Below, piece after piece: positions 47,751-57,746 of a DNA stretch of 63,749 nt. Position numbers and translations under genes: made by a program. Under the pieces are notes generated by a model that saw only the letters and a list, made by a program, of their open reading frames with translations, had not been told where the DNA came from and did not search any database. How positions within the stretch are numbered: the first letter of the stretch is position 1; each line of letters opens with the position of its first letter. The stretch is taken from positions 1 to 63,749 of the forward strand of contig URRT01000001.1 of assembly GCA_900550355.1 (NCBI GenBank), read 5' to 3'. Source of the DNA: an uncultured Collinsella sp. (GTDB lineage: Bacteria; Actinomycetota; Coriobacteriia; Coriobacteriales; Coriobacteriaceae).

Positions 47751-48173
47751 ATGCCCGATAAAAAGCTGACTGACGAGTTACTCAATGAGCTTCTCGGCGC
47801 GCCAAACATCGATGGCTATATCAAGGAGCACGACTTTGCCACCCCGTCGCTTTCGGACTACCTGAAGCAGCTGCTGCAGGAAAAGGGCTTGGAGCGCTCG
47901 CGCGTGGTTCGTATGGCCGATCTCAATGAGACCTTTGGCTATCAGATCTTTACCGGTGCGCGTCATCCGAGTCGCAATAAGGTGCTGCAGATTGCCTTCG
48001 CCATGGCGCTAACGCTCAAGGAGACCAACCGCGCCTTGACGGCGGCGGGTGCCAACATCCTCAATTGTAAGGACCGCCGCGATGCGATTATCATCTTTTG
48101 CATCGATCGCAGGTGCAGCCTCCAAAAGGTCAACGAGGAGCTGTATCGCTTTGGCGAGGAGACGGTGAGTTAG
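47751..48173 (+). CDS. XRE-like HTH regulator
   Basis: YQIFTGARHPSRNKVLQIAFAM, RRDAIIIFC; GGAGG RBS. Confidence 0.75.
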   Translation: MPDKKLTDELLNELLGAPNIDGYIKEHDFATPSLSDYLKQLLQEKGLERSRVVRMADLNETFGYQIFTGARHPSRNKVLQIAFAMALTLKETNRALTAAGANILNCKDRRDAIIIFCIDRRCSLQKVNEELYRFGEETVS

Positions 48174-48271
48174 CGGCTGATATCTGAGCTGGCGGAGCTG
48201 TCGAACAACGATGCAAACGAACGGGGCGCGGATGCCATGGGGTGTCTGCGCCCTGCGCTATGATGGAGGCT

Positions 48272-49651
48272 ATGGATACTCAGACCCCAACATATTCCGA
48301 TGACGAGCTGACCGCAGCGCTTGCCGAGCACCTGGTGTCGCTCGATCGCGACGACAGCTATCGCGTGGAGCGTGTACTTAAGCGCTCGTCCGTTGAAGCA
48401 ACCGAGCTCGTGTACTTTGAAGGAACCGGCGGCGGCTCGCTCGGCCCCTTTGTCCGCAAACGCATCGATGCTTCGGCTCAAATCGGCGGGGCATACGAGC
48501 GTCTGTTTGCCGCTCAGCGGGCAGGCAGGCGTTTTGAGCACCTGCCCAGAATCGTCGATTGTCGTCGTGTGGGCGACGAGCTCAACGTGGTTATGGAATA
48601 CATCGAAGGGGAGACACTCGGGGCGCTGGTGGACCGTCTGGGAGCCACCCCCGATTATGCGTGTGAATTGTATCCTGCCCTATGCGATGCCGTGGGCGAG
48701 CTCCACGCCGGTTTTGCAATGGCGGGGGAGACTTCGGCGCCGGTGATCCATCGCGACCTCAAGCCGTCGAATATCATCGTGACAGGTGCCAACTATACGC
48801 CTGATGACGGCCTGACGTTTTCATCGCTGGTGATTATCGACTTGGGGATCGCGCGCGTATGGCGCGATGGCGCGGATGCCGATACTGTCAAGTTTGGGAC
48901 ACGGCCCTATGCGCCGCCCGAGCAGTATGGGTTTGGGCAGACGAGTGTGCGAAGCGACGTCTACGCACTTGGCGCCCTGTTGTTCTTCTGCTTGACGGGA
49001 GTCGACCCTAAACCAGGGCTCGACATGCGCGAGCAATGCGAGGCGAGCGGCATTTCCACTCCACTTGCCGATGCCGTCTGCATGTCGATGGCACTCGACC
49101 CGGCCAAGCGTTTTGCGAGCGCGGAAGCGTTGGGACGGGCGACGCGCGCGGCATACGATCTGAGTCGCCCCGTGCGGCCTCCTGCGCCTGCGCCTGTCCG
49201 TACTCCGGCCTCGGAGGCGGTGTTGACGCCCCAAGGGCTCCAGAACCCTGCAGGGCTTCCTGGGCCTGCCGCCTCCGCTGCATGCGGTCTGCTCTCTCGC
49301 GTTCCGGAGTCTCTGGGGCGCATTTGGAATACGCTCGTCTGCTTTTCGCTGCTTGTGTTCTTTGCCGGAAGTCACTTTGCCGTCTTTCACCCTACGGGAG
49401 CAAACCAAAGCTACCCGACGTGGCTTCTCATAATCGAGTATTTTTTCTTTGTCGATGGCCTTATGGTGCTTATGCATTTTGCGCTGCTCGATAAGCGCCG
49501 TCTTCGTCGGCGATTCGCACTGCTCGACAGCTATCGCGGCAAGAAACTCGCGAAACTCTGGCTCAAGGCATTGGGTGTGCTGCTCCTATGCATGATCGTC
49601 ATAGTCGCGGTTGCCAATGCGACCGGCGTCGTCGATACCTCCGCTACCTAA
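48272..49651 (+). CDS. Hanks-type Ser/Thr protein kinase with C-terminal TM helices
   Basis: VMEYIEG, IHRDLKPSNI, IDLG, GTRPYAPPEQ, SDVYALG; start uncertain. Confidence 0.88.
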   Translation: MDTQTPTYSDDELTAALAEHLVSLDRDDSYRVERVLKRSSVEATELVYFEGTGGGSLGPFVRKRIDASAQIGGAYERLFAAQRAGRRFEHLPRIVDCRRVGDELNVVMEYIEGETLGALVDRLGATPDYACELYPALCDAVGELHAGFAMAGETSAPVIHRDLKPSNIIVTGANYTPDDGLTFSSLVIIDLGIARVWRDGADADTVKFGTRPYAPPEQYGFGQTSVRSDVYALGALLFFCLTGVDPKPGLDMREQCEASGISTPLADAVCMSMALDPAKRFASAEALGRATRAAYDLSRPVRPPAPAPVRTPASEAVLTPQGLQNPAGLPGPAASAACGLLSRVPESLGRIWNTLVCFSLLVFFAGSHFAVFHPTGANQSYPTWLLIIEYFFFVDGLMVLMHFALLDKRRLRRRFALLDSYRGKKLAKLWLKALGVLLLCMIVIVAVANATGVVDTSAT

Positions 49652-49688
49652 AAGAAAAGGGCCCCGTTGGGGCCCTTTGCAGTTGCAC

Positions 49689-50822
49689 TTAGATGCGGTT
49701 CATCTGAGCGGCGACTTTGTTGTACCAGTCCTGCCACGTGGGCGGGCAGTACTTTTTGGCCGCAGCCGGGGTAAGGGTGGAGCCGTAGTTGGCGCCCAGA
49801 TAGGCAACGTGAGCGGAGATGCCCTCGCTCCAGCTGCCAAAGCTGCGCCAACCGCCGCCACGTGCACTCCAGCCCCAGGCGTTATAAGAATTGGCGCAAT
49901 AAGCACCCTTGGTGCTCTCGATGCAGGCGATGGCGGGGGACCAACGGGGGTCGACACCGGTATTCCAAGCGGCGACGGCAAAGTTGTAGCCCTGGCCTGC
50001 CATGGGGGAGCCGGCGAGATAATTGTCGATGCGGCTCGTCCACTCATTAATGAACGAATCGTAATCGGAACTACCGGTATTGGAGTTGTTCACCGTGGTG
50101 TCGATGGTGGTGTTGGTGTTGGTGGCCTGGCTGCTGGAATTGCTGCCGCTTACGCCCTCGCCTGAGAGCTTCTCGGCGGCAGCGGCCTTATCGGCCTCAA
50201 GCTTGGCAAGCTCGGCGGCATTTTCCTGCTCGGCTTTTGCCTGTGCCTCGCTGCGGAGCTGCTGGGCCTGCGCCAGCGCATCCTCGGCGTTTTTCTGCTC
50301 TGCCTCAAGCTGAGACTTGGCCTGCTGGAGCTCGGCCTTGTTCTGCTCGAGTTCGGTTTGCATATTATTGAGCTCTTCGATCTCGTCGACGCTCGAGCTC
50401 GTGATCTGGTTGGTGTATTTGCAGGTCGTGATGAACTCACCCAGGCTCTGCGCGTTGACCAGGAAGCTCACGATGGGATTGGTGCCCTTCTGATACTTGT
50501 ACAGATCGCGCATGGCGGAACTTGCCTTGGCCTGCTGCTCAGGAAGCTTAGCCTCGATTTCCTCGATGCTTGCCTCATTGGAGTCAATCTGCTTTTGCAG
50601 GTCATCGAGTTTGGTACGGGCGTCGTTGTAGGCGCTCGTGGCGGCTTCGATCTTCTGCTGGGCTGCGGAAAGCTGGTCCTGCGTTGCCTGCGAGGCGGCA
50701 TACGCCGCAACGGGGGAGAGCATCGGCGAGGCCGTCAACGCAACGGCGAGCGCGGCGCTCGTGATGATACGAGCCGGCTTCGACGCAATGAGCGCTGCGG
50801 TGCGATGATTCGAATGCTGCAT
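49689..50822 (-). CDS. Secreted PcsB/CwlO-like coiled-coil protein with C-terminal lysozyme/glucosaminidase-like domain
   Basis: Signal peptide, coiled coil, AIACIES..G..NAWG. Confidence 0.75.
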   Translation of the reverse strand: MQHSNHRTAALIASKPARIITSAALAVALTASPMLSPVAAYAASQATQDQLSAAQQKIEAATSAYNDARTKLDDLQKQIDSNEASIEEIEAKLPEQQAKASSAMRDLYKYQKGTNPIVSFLVNAQSLGEFITTCKYTNQITSSSVDEIEELNNMQTELEQNKAELQQAKSQLEAEQKNAEDALAQAQQLRSEAQAKAEQENAAELAKLEADKAAAAEKLSGEGVSGSNSSSQATNTNTTIDTTVNNSNTGSSDYDSFINEWTSRIDNYLAGSPMAGQGYNFAVAAWNTGVDPRWSPAIACIESTKGAYCANSYNAWGWSARGGGWRSFGSWSEGISAHVAYLGANYGSTLTPAAAKKYCPPTWQDWYNKVAAQMNRI

Positions 50823-51050
50823 CCAGTCCCTCTGCAATCAATCGTAGGTTTTGGTTCGAACGGTATTCTACTACTGCTTTCGACCTCAACTTGAACCTTA
50901 AAGGTTCCAAAGGGTCAAGTTGAACTTGAGGCTTTGGCTTTGACCTGCGGGAATGGTGAATTGTTGAGAAACCATAGAGTTCAACTTTAACGTTACGGCA
51001 CCCTGTTGCAACGGGATTCTTAGCTGTAAAAGCTACTTCAACGTGGGGTT

Positions 51051-51689
51051 TTACAACTGCAGGGTTCCTTCGCGACGAGCCTGTTCCACCTCTTTGAGTG
51101 CGTCGGCGGGAGTGAAGGAACAGGTGCCATCGCCGAGCTTGACCACCTGTATGTCGTCGCCGGTATGGGCTTCTCCGCCTTGTAGCACCACGCCGAAAAT
51201 GCCCTCGTGGGGAAAGATACAGTCGCCGGCGAGATAGTAGATGGCACAGCGGGTGTGGCAGACCTTGCCGATCTGACTGATTTCGACCAGGACATCGTTG
51301 CCAATCTTGAGCTGCGTTCCCAGGGGGAGCGAGAGCAGGTTGATGCCCTGGGTCGTGAAGTTCTCCCCAAAGTCACCCTTGCGCACATCGAGCCCGCGCG
51401 CCTGCGCCGTCTGGATGGACTCTGCAGCTAAAAAGGAAACCTGGCGGTGCCAATGCCCGGCGTGCGCATCGGAGGCGAGGCCAAACTGCTCGATGACGGT
51501 GTCGTGCCCGTCGGCGACGGGTGACTTACGCGTGCCTTTGTGCTCCGACGTGTTGATTGAGACGATACGGGCAGGCCCGTTGTAAGCATCGTTTGCGGTG
51601 CGTAGGGGAGCTGCCGTTTGTGTGCGTTCCGCCAGCTCGCGCTTCGCGGCATTGAGGATGGGATTATCGGTCGGATGGTCTTGGGGCAC
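51051..51689 (-). CDS. MOSC domain protein
   Basis: DAHAG.WHRQVSFL, GDFGEN, QIGKVCH..C. Confidence 0.88.
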   Translation of the reverse strand: MPQDHPTDNPILNAAKRELAERTQTAAPLRTANDAYNGPARIVSINTSEHKGTRKSPVADGHDTVIEQFGLASDAHAGHWHRQVSFLAAESIQTAQARGLDVRKGDFGENFTTQGINLLSLPLGTQLKIGNDVLVEISQIGKVCHTRCAIYYLAGDCIFPHEGIFGVVLQGGEAHTGDDIQVVKLGDGTCSFTPADALKEVEQARREGTLQL

Positions 51690-51911
51690 GTGTGCGCCTT
51701 TCGTTCGAGGATGTCAATATACTGAATCCTACAACAATGGTAGGTTCATTGCCCATTGTCGTACAACGGTGAGCGCCGTCTTCGTGCTGGACGATTACGT
51801 CGATTGCCATAGATACGGTGGAGCTTTGGGCGCCGGCGGCTTGGCACGCTAGAATAAACCAGTTGCGCAAAGACCGCCCGTTGTGTGGGCAGTTCATGAT
51901 AGGAAGTTTCC

Positions 51912-53168
51912 ATGGCATTGCAGTTTACAGAGCGCGAGTTCATTCCCGTGCTGCTCGGTGGCGACATCAACGCCTATTCGGTGGCGCGCGCCTTCTACGA
52001 GGAGTACCAGGTCAAGAGTCTGGTCTTTGGCAAGTACCAGACGGGTCCCGCGTACCGCAGCCAGATTATCGACTACACACCCAACGTGGATATCGATACC
52101 ATGCCCGTGATGCTCAAAACCGTCAACGGCATTGCCCAAGCGCATGCCGACAAGACGATTGTCCTTGTGGGCTGTGGCGACAACTATGTTGCCCTCGTGG
52201 CTCAGGCCAAGGATGCTCATGAGCTGGCGGATAACATCGTCGCTCCCTACGCGCCCTACAGCATGCTCGAGCAGTGCCAGAAGAAGGAGATCTTCTACGA
52301 GCTGTGCGAGAAGCATGGCGTGCCTTATCCGCATACCTTTACCTTCACCATGGCGATGCTGAACGCCCAGGGTGAGGCGCCTGCCGAAGTGCTCGACCAG
52401 ATTGATTTTCCCTACCCGATGATTCTGAAGCCTTCTGACGGCATCATGTGGTGGCAGCACGAGTTCGAGGGCCAGAAGAAGGCCTATGAGATTGCCGACC
52501 GCGCCGAGCTGGAACAGGTCATTCGCGATTCGTATGCCAGCGGCTACACTGACGACCTGATCTTGCAGGATCGCGTGCCCGGCAACGACGAGTACATGCG
52601 CGTGCTCACCAGCTATTCCGACCGCAACGGCAAGGTGCGCATGATGTGCCTGGGCCATGTGCTGCTCGAGGAGCATCAGCCTCACGGCGTCGGCAACCAC
52701 GCCTGTATCATCACCGAGCCCAATGACGAGCTCATGGGCGGCGTGCGCAAGCTACTCGAGGACCTTCACTTTGTGGGCTATTCCAACTTTGACGTTAAGT
52801 ACGACGAGCGCGACGGCTCGTTTAAGTTCTTCGATTTCAACACGCGCCAGGGCCGCAGCAACTACTATGTCACTAACAGTGGCTTTAACGTTGCCAAGTA
52901 TGTGGTGGACGAGTATGTGTTCAACCGCCCGTTTGAGCCGGAGTTTGTGACGGCGCAGGACGAGGCGCTGTGGATGGTCGTCCCCATGGGCGTCGTCGAC
53001 AAGTACGTCAAGGATCCCGAGCTGCGCGCTAAGGTGCATCGCCTGGACAAGGAAGGCAAGGGCGCCGACCCTTCGTTTATGAAGGGCGACTTTGTCTTTA
53101 ACCGCTGGCTGCGCATGTGGCACACCAAGCTGCGCCACTTTAAGCTGTTCAAGACGTATTACAAGTAG
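51912..53168 (+). CDS. ATP-grasp carboxylate-amine ligase, D-aspartate ligase-like
   Basis: LGGDINAYSVARAF, LKP, SNFDVKYDERDG..FNTRQGRS; next to a racemase. Confidence 0.82.
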   Translation: MALQFTEREFIPVLLGGDINAYSVARAFYEEYQVKSLVFGKYQTGPAYRSQIIDYTPNVDIDTMPVMLKTVNGIAQAHADKTIVLVGCGDNYVALVAQAKDAHELADNIVAPYAPYSMLEQCQKKEIFYELCEKHGVPYPHTFTFTMAMLNAQGEAPAEVLDQIDFPYPMILKPSDGIMWWQHEFEGQKKAYEIADRAELEQVIRDSYASGYTDDLILQDRVPGNDEYMRVLTSYSDRNGKVRMMCLGHVLLEEHQPHGVGNHACIITEPNDELMGGVRKLLEDLHFVGYSNFDVKYDERDGSFKFFDFNTRQGRSNYYVTNSGFNVAKYVVDEYVFNRPFEPEFVTAQDEALWMVVPMGVVDKYVKDPELRAKVHRLDKEGKGADPSFMKGDFVFNRWLRMWHTKLRHFKLFKTYYK

Positions 53169-53252
53169 ATGAGCGCGGCGCCCGTCCGGTTTGCATCGGG
53201 CGGGCGCGGGTATGATACGCGCAATTGCGCAAGCGTCACCAAGGAGGCGGCG

Positions 53253-53999
53253 ATGGAAAAGCTGGGAGTTATCGGCGGCATGGGCGCCGAGGCCACGTCG
53301 TATTACTACGACCAGGTGGTGCGTCATACGGCTGCTGCCTGCGATCAGGAACATATCGACATGGTGGTACTCTCCAAGTCGACCATGCCCGACCGCACGC
53401 TGGCCATTAAGACCGGCGAGCATGCCAAGCTGCTGGCGACCATGAAAGAGTGCGCCCAGGCACTCGAGTCGCTGGGCTGTGCACACATTGCCATTCCCTG
53501 CAACACGTCGCACTACTTCTACGACCAGATCCAGTCGTTTACGAAGGTGCCGATTATCCACATGCCGCGTGAGTCGGTGCGCTACGCCCTTGCGGGTGCG
53601 GTGATGGGGGAGTGCGAGTTCGACCCCAACCTGAGTATGCCGGCCGAGCCGGTGCATAAGATCGGCATCATGGGCACCGATGGCACCGTGGGCGCGGGCG
53701 TCTACGGCCGCGAATGTAAGGCTGCGGGTGTTGAGGTCGTCTATCCCAGCGAGAAACGTCAGAACGATGTGATGTCGCTTATCTACGATGATGTGAAGGC
53801 CGGACGTGAGCCCGATATGGATAAGTTCGACCGCGTGATGTGGGAGTTCGCCCGTAGCGGCTGCGACCGCGTCATTCTGGCCTGCACCGAGCTCTCGGTG
53901 CTGCAGAAGTACCGAGAGATGCCTGAGATCACCCTCGACGCCATGGACGTCCTGGTGCGCGAATCCATCATCCGCAGCGGCGCCCCCTACCGCCTCTAG
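53253..53999 (+). CDS. racD: Aspartate racemase
   Basis: GVIGGMG, PCNTSH, LACTELS two-Cys motifs. Confidence 0.85.
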   Translation: MEKLGVIGGMGAEATSYYYDQVVRHTAAACDQEHIDMVVLSKSTMPDRTLAIKTGEHAKLLATMKECAQALESLGCAHIAIPCNTSHYFYDQIQSFTKVPIIHMPRESVRYALAGAVMGECEFDPNLSMPAEPVHKIGIMGTDGTVGAGVYGRECKAAGVEVVYPSEKRQNDVMSLIYDDVKAGREPDMDKFDRVMWEFARSGCDRVILACTELSVLQKYREMPEITLDAMDVLVRESIIRSGAPYRL

Positions 54000-54014
54000 C
54001 TTCCGACCCGCCAA

Positions 54015-54040
54015 AAAGGGACAGGTTAATTTTGGTAGGT
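54015..54040. repeat. Half copy of the GGGACAGGTT palindrome
   Basis: 25/26 identity to 12796-12821. Confidence 0.65.
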
Positions 54041-54123
54041 TTTATCTGTGAAACAGTAAAGGCCTCGGCTCGTTTGGTGCGAGCTGAGGCCTTTTGCGTT
54101 GGGCGGTTGCTGTCGGTGGTGAA

Positions 54124-54870
54124 CTAGAACAGGAAGCCGATGGCGATGAGGGCGATGCTGACGATGAGCACGGCGATGTCCAGACCCTTGATGGGGTAGC
54201 GCTTGTACGAGCTGGTGCGCGTGCGCAGATAAAAACCGCGCTGCTCGGCTGCCAGGGCCGTGGCGTCGGTCTTGCCCACGCTCGAGATGAGCAGCGGAAC
54301 GCACAGTGGCAGCATGAGCTTGAGCTTCTTGATGGGGTTCTTGGTGTCGTACTCCACGCCGCGCGCGGTTTGCGCCTCCATGATGGCATTCATTTCCTGG
54401 CCGAACACCGGCACAAAGCGCAGGGCCGTCGTAAAGGTGAAGGCATAGCGATACGGTACGTGCAGCACCTCGACGCAGGCGTTGGCAAGGTCGTTGAGCT
54501 TGGTCACCATGAGCATGAGGATGAGTGGTAACGCCACACCCAGTAGGCGCAGACAGGCCTTCGATCCTGTGATGAGGCCCGTGTCGGTGATAAAGCCCCA
54601 CACCACGTTGCCATCGCGCATAAAGGCCAGCTGGAGCACCAGCATGATAAGCGCGAGCGGGATCAGCAACTTGAGCAGCGAGAACAGACGGTCGACGACG
54701 CCGGCATAGGCGCCCAGCGCAAGGGTGAGTGCCAAAAAGCCCAGCAGCGCCACGTAGGTGTCGGACAAGAAGATGCCGACGATGATGGCGGCGGCGAGGC
54801 CCAGTTTGACGACGGGGTTCAGGCGATGCAGTAGCGTATCGCCCGGCATGTAGTCGATGACGTTAACCAC
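54124..54870 (-). CDS. ECF transporter T component
   Basis: LHRLNP..KL, ALRFVP, AQTARG, AEQRGF. Confidence 0.9.
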   Translation of the reverse strand: MVNVIDYMPGDTLLHRLNPVVKLGLAAAIIVGIFLSDTYVALLGFLALTLALGAYAGVVDRLFSLLKLLIPLALIMLVLQLAFMRDGNVVWGFITDTGLITGSKACLRLLGVALPLILMLMVTKLNDLANACVEVLHVPYRYAFTFTTALRFVPVFGQEMNAIMEAQTARGVEYDTKNPIKKLKLMLPLCVPLLISSVGKTDATALAAEQRGFYLRTRTSSYKRYPIKGLDIAVLIVSIALIAIGFLF

Positions 54871-56614
54871 GGTGGACCATCTCCTTGGTAATTCGAACGA
54901 CATCGGTGACCTCGCTCACCTGCGCAAAAGCGGGCGAGACGGAAGATGCCAGACGGCGCGAGAGTTCAATAACCTGGGGAGGCTCCACGTAGGCACGCCG
55001 CATGAGATCGATGTTCGAGAATAGCTCGTGCGTGCGGCCGCGGTCGAGGATGCGACCGTCGGCCATTACCACAATGCGCTCGGCAAAATCCGAGACGACT
55101 TCCATATCGTGGCAGACCATGATAACGGCGCAACCGCGCTCGGCCATGGTGCGCACCGTTTCCATGACGGTCATGCACTCGCGGTAGTCAAGGCCGCTCG
55201 TGGGCTCGTCGAGCACGACGATCTTGGGCTCAACCACTACGACGGAGGCAAGTGCCACCATTTGTCGCTGGCCACGCGAAAGCGAGAACGGTGCCTCGTC
55301 GGCGGGCAGACCAAAGCGGTCGATGACCAGCTGGGCGCGACGCAGAGCCTCGGCACGGTCCATGCCGCCCAGCTCCAAGCCAAAGGCGACCTCGTCGAGC
55401 ACGGTATCCTTGCAGATCTGGCGGTCGGGGTTTTGGAAGAGCGTTGCGACCTCGCGGGCGATACGGCTCGTGGGGACCGCGACAGTATCCAGTCCCGTGA
55501 CGCGCACGCTGCCCGAGGCGGGCTTAAGCAGGCCTGTGAGCAGTTTGGTGAGCGTGGTCTTGCCGGCGCCGTTTTGGCCGACGATGCCCACGAGCTCGCC
55601 AGGATAGAGCGTCAGGCTAAGGTCGTGTACGGCGGCGCCGCCATTGGGATAGGCAAACTCAACATGGTCGAAGGTGAGTACGGGTTCGGCGTCCTTGGCA
55701 TGAGGACGCAACGACGGTGCATGCGGGGAACCGGTGGGCGCCTGGGCTTCGATGGCCGCGTGTGCGGGGTCGACGATGCCCGAAATCAGGCGCTCAGCCT
55801 CATCGACATCCAAGCAGGGGGTACCGCTTACCAGGCCATCGGCCTCGAGGCTATTGAAGATACGCGTGACGCGAGGGCAGTCTACGCCGATGGCACGGAG
55901 CTCGTCGGTATGCGCGAAGACCTCGTGTGGCTCGCCCTGCAGCGCAATTTCGCCATGGTTGAGCACGAGCACGCGGTTGCAGTACTCCGAGAGCAGGGCG
56001 ACCTTTTGCTCAACGACGACGATGGTGATTCCAAGTGCGCGGTTTGCCTCACGCAGCGTCTCGAAGACCAACGTGGAGCTGGCGGGGTCGAGTGCCGCGG
56101 TGGGCTCGTCGAGAACCAAGACGTGCGGGCGCATGGCGAGGATGGCGGCGATGGCTACCTTTTGCTTCTGTCCGCCCGAGAGCGTGGCGATCTCGCGGTC
56201 GCGCAGGTCGCTGATGCCGACGGTCTCGAGCGTTTCGCTCACGCGCTGCTCGATCTGGTCGTGGGGAACGCCAAAGTTCTCGAGGCCAAAGAGCATCTCG
56301 TCCTCGACGACCGAAGCGACCATCTGCGTGTCGATATCCTGCAGCACACTGCCGACGATTTGCGACACGTCGGTGAGCGAGACTTCGCAGGTGTCGTGGC
56401 CGTCGACCATGACGGACCCAAAGAACGCGCCGGTGTAGTGGTGGGGCACGGCGCCCGACAGGCAGGCGGCAAGCGTGGACTTGCCGGCGCCCGAGGGCCC
56501 GATGATGCCGATGAAATCTCCCTTGTTCACGCCGAGCGAGATGTGGCTGAGCGCCTGTTCGGTCTGCGTGCCATAGGAGAACGAGACATCGTCGACGTTG
56601 ATGATCGTTTCCAT
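54863..56614 (-). CDS. ECF transporter dual ATPase
   Basis: Two ABC domains: GPSGAGKS/LSGGQ and GQNGAGKT/LSRGQ. Confidence 0.92.
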   Translation of the reverse strand: METIINVDDVSFSYGTQTEQALSHISLGVNKGDFIGIIGPSGAGKSTLAACLSGAVPHHYTGAFFGSVMVDGHDTCEVSLTDVSQIVGSVLQDIDTQMVASVVEDEMLFGLENFGVPHDQIEQRVSETLETVGISDLRDREIATLSGGQKQKVAIAAILAMRPHVLVLDEPTAALDPASSTLVFETLREANRALGITIVVVEQKVALLSEYCNRVLVLNHGEIALQGEPHEVFAHTDELRAIGVDCPRVTRIFNSLEADGLVSGTPCLDVDEAERLISGIVDPAHAAIEAQAPTGSPHAPSLRPHAKDAEPVLTFDHVEFAYPNGGAAVHDLSLTLYPGELVGIVGQNGAGKTTLTKLLTGLLKPASGSVRVTGLDTVAVPTSRIAREVATLFQNPDRQICKDTVLDEVAFGLELGGMDRAEALRRAQLVIDRFGLPADEAPFSLSRGQRQMVALASVVVVEPKIVVLDEPTSGLDYRECMTVMETVRTMAERGCAVIMVCHDMEVVSDFAERIVVMADGRILDRGRTHELFSNIDLMRRAYVEPPQVIELSRRLASSVSPAFAQVSEVTDVVRITKEMVHRG

Positions 56615-56772
56615 GGATACCTTTCATAGTCATTGGGGACGTTCTTACATGACTAGTCGTTTAAGAGCGTCCCCAAGAGCTCCCAGGTTGGCGCGAAAGA
56701 GGAGCGAAGCGTACTTGGGCACGCGAGCGACGAATGAACGCCAAGATGGGGTGGCTCGTAAAGCCGAGCGGG

Positions 56773-57345
56773 TTAGTTGAGCTTAAGGGCCTTCTGGATG
56801 GGCAAGTAGAGGGCACCGACCAGAATGGCGTTAAAGACGGCGGTCATGGCGACGACAGGCAGCATGGCGGCAGCGAGCTCGCCCACCACGCCGAGCATTG
56901 CCATCTTGATGATCATGAAGATAACGCCCGAGACAAAGGTGGTCACGAAGGTGGCGACAATGGCGACGACAGGCTTAACTTGACCGTTCTTGCCGGCGGC
57001 GTTGACGATGGCGGCCATAAGCATGGCGGCGATGCCCTCGGCGGCAAAATCGATGAGCGGCGAGGTGTTGGTTATCTGGATCACGGCGGCCGAGATAAGG
57101 CCGATCACGAGCGCCTGACCGATGTTGGGGCGAACGACCAGGATGGTGAGGCAGAAGGCCGAGATGATGAACTCGGGGCTGATCATGCCGCCCGAGATGC
57201 CCGAGATGGCCTTACCGACGGTGAAGTTGAGGATGAAGCCGGCGGCAAGCAGGATGGCGAGCAGGACGAGGGCGCGGACGTCAAGCTTGCCACGGTCAGC
57301 GGCCTGGACGGTGCGGGGCTGGGTGGCGTTGGTGTTCTGAGGCAT
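56773..57345 (-). CDS. ECF S component, probable tryptophan transporter
   Basis: Hydrophobic ~190 aa, first gene of the ECF operon, preceded by a Trp leader peptide. Confidence 0.75.
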   Translation of the reverse strand: MPQNTNATQPRTVQAADRGKLDVRALVLLAILLAAGFILNFTVGKAISGISGGMISPEFIISAFCLTILVVRPNIGQALVIGLISAAVIQITNTSPLIDFAAEGIAAMLMAAIVNAAGKNGQVKPVVAIVATFVTTFVSGVIFMIIKMAMLGVVGELAAAMLPVVAMTAVFNAILVGALYLPIQKALKLN

Positions 57346-57422
57346 GGTGAAAATCCTTTCGGAAGGGGAATGCAAGAGAAAAGCGGAGGCGCGTGATGCG
57401 AATGCGATCGGGCTCGAGATAG

Positions 57423-57453
57423 AAAAAGGCCCCCGGTCGAAACCGGAGGCCTT
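57423..57453 (-). terminator. Attenuator terminator
   Basis: aaggcctccgg-tttcga-ccgggggcc-ttttt on the minus strand. Confidence 0.8.
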
Positions 57454-57489
57454 CCAATCACCTAGAGCGCAAGTGCAGGCGTGAGGGAC

Positions 57490-57558
57490 TCACTGTCGAC
57501 CGATCGTATTCGCATCACGCCACCACCAGTTGTTGAGAGACTTCATCGTGTTCTTCAT
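57490..57558 (-). CDS. Tryptophan attenuation leader peptide MKNTMKSLNNWWWRDANTIGRQ
   Basis: AAAGGAG RBS; three consecutive TGG codons; terminator downstream. Confidence 0.85.
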   Translation of the reverse strand: MKNTMKSLNNWWWRDANTIGRQ

Positions 57559-57746
57559 GTTGGTGGCTCCTTTCGTGATGCCGTGGCGCGGTCGCACCTA
57601 GTTGCTGTTGCGCTGCACTATAGCACAGCGAAGTGTGTACTGGGAAATCTTTTTTGAAAAGATTTCGACGGTGTTTCCCACCGGTCAAAAAGGCGGGCTG
57701 GTGCGGGCGGGGCGACCCGTGCCGTCCCACCCGCACCAGCGAGGGA

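Noticed and set aside
56655..56770. Structured-looking intergenic stretch inside the ECF operon (gagc...ttggcg...cgccaa...gctc)
   Set aside because: Possibly a repeat or stabilising hairpin, but there is no second copy in the window and the pairing is imperfect.
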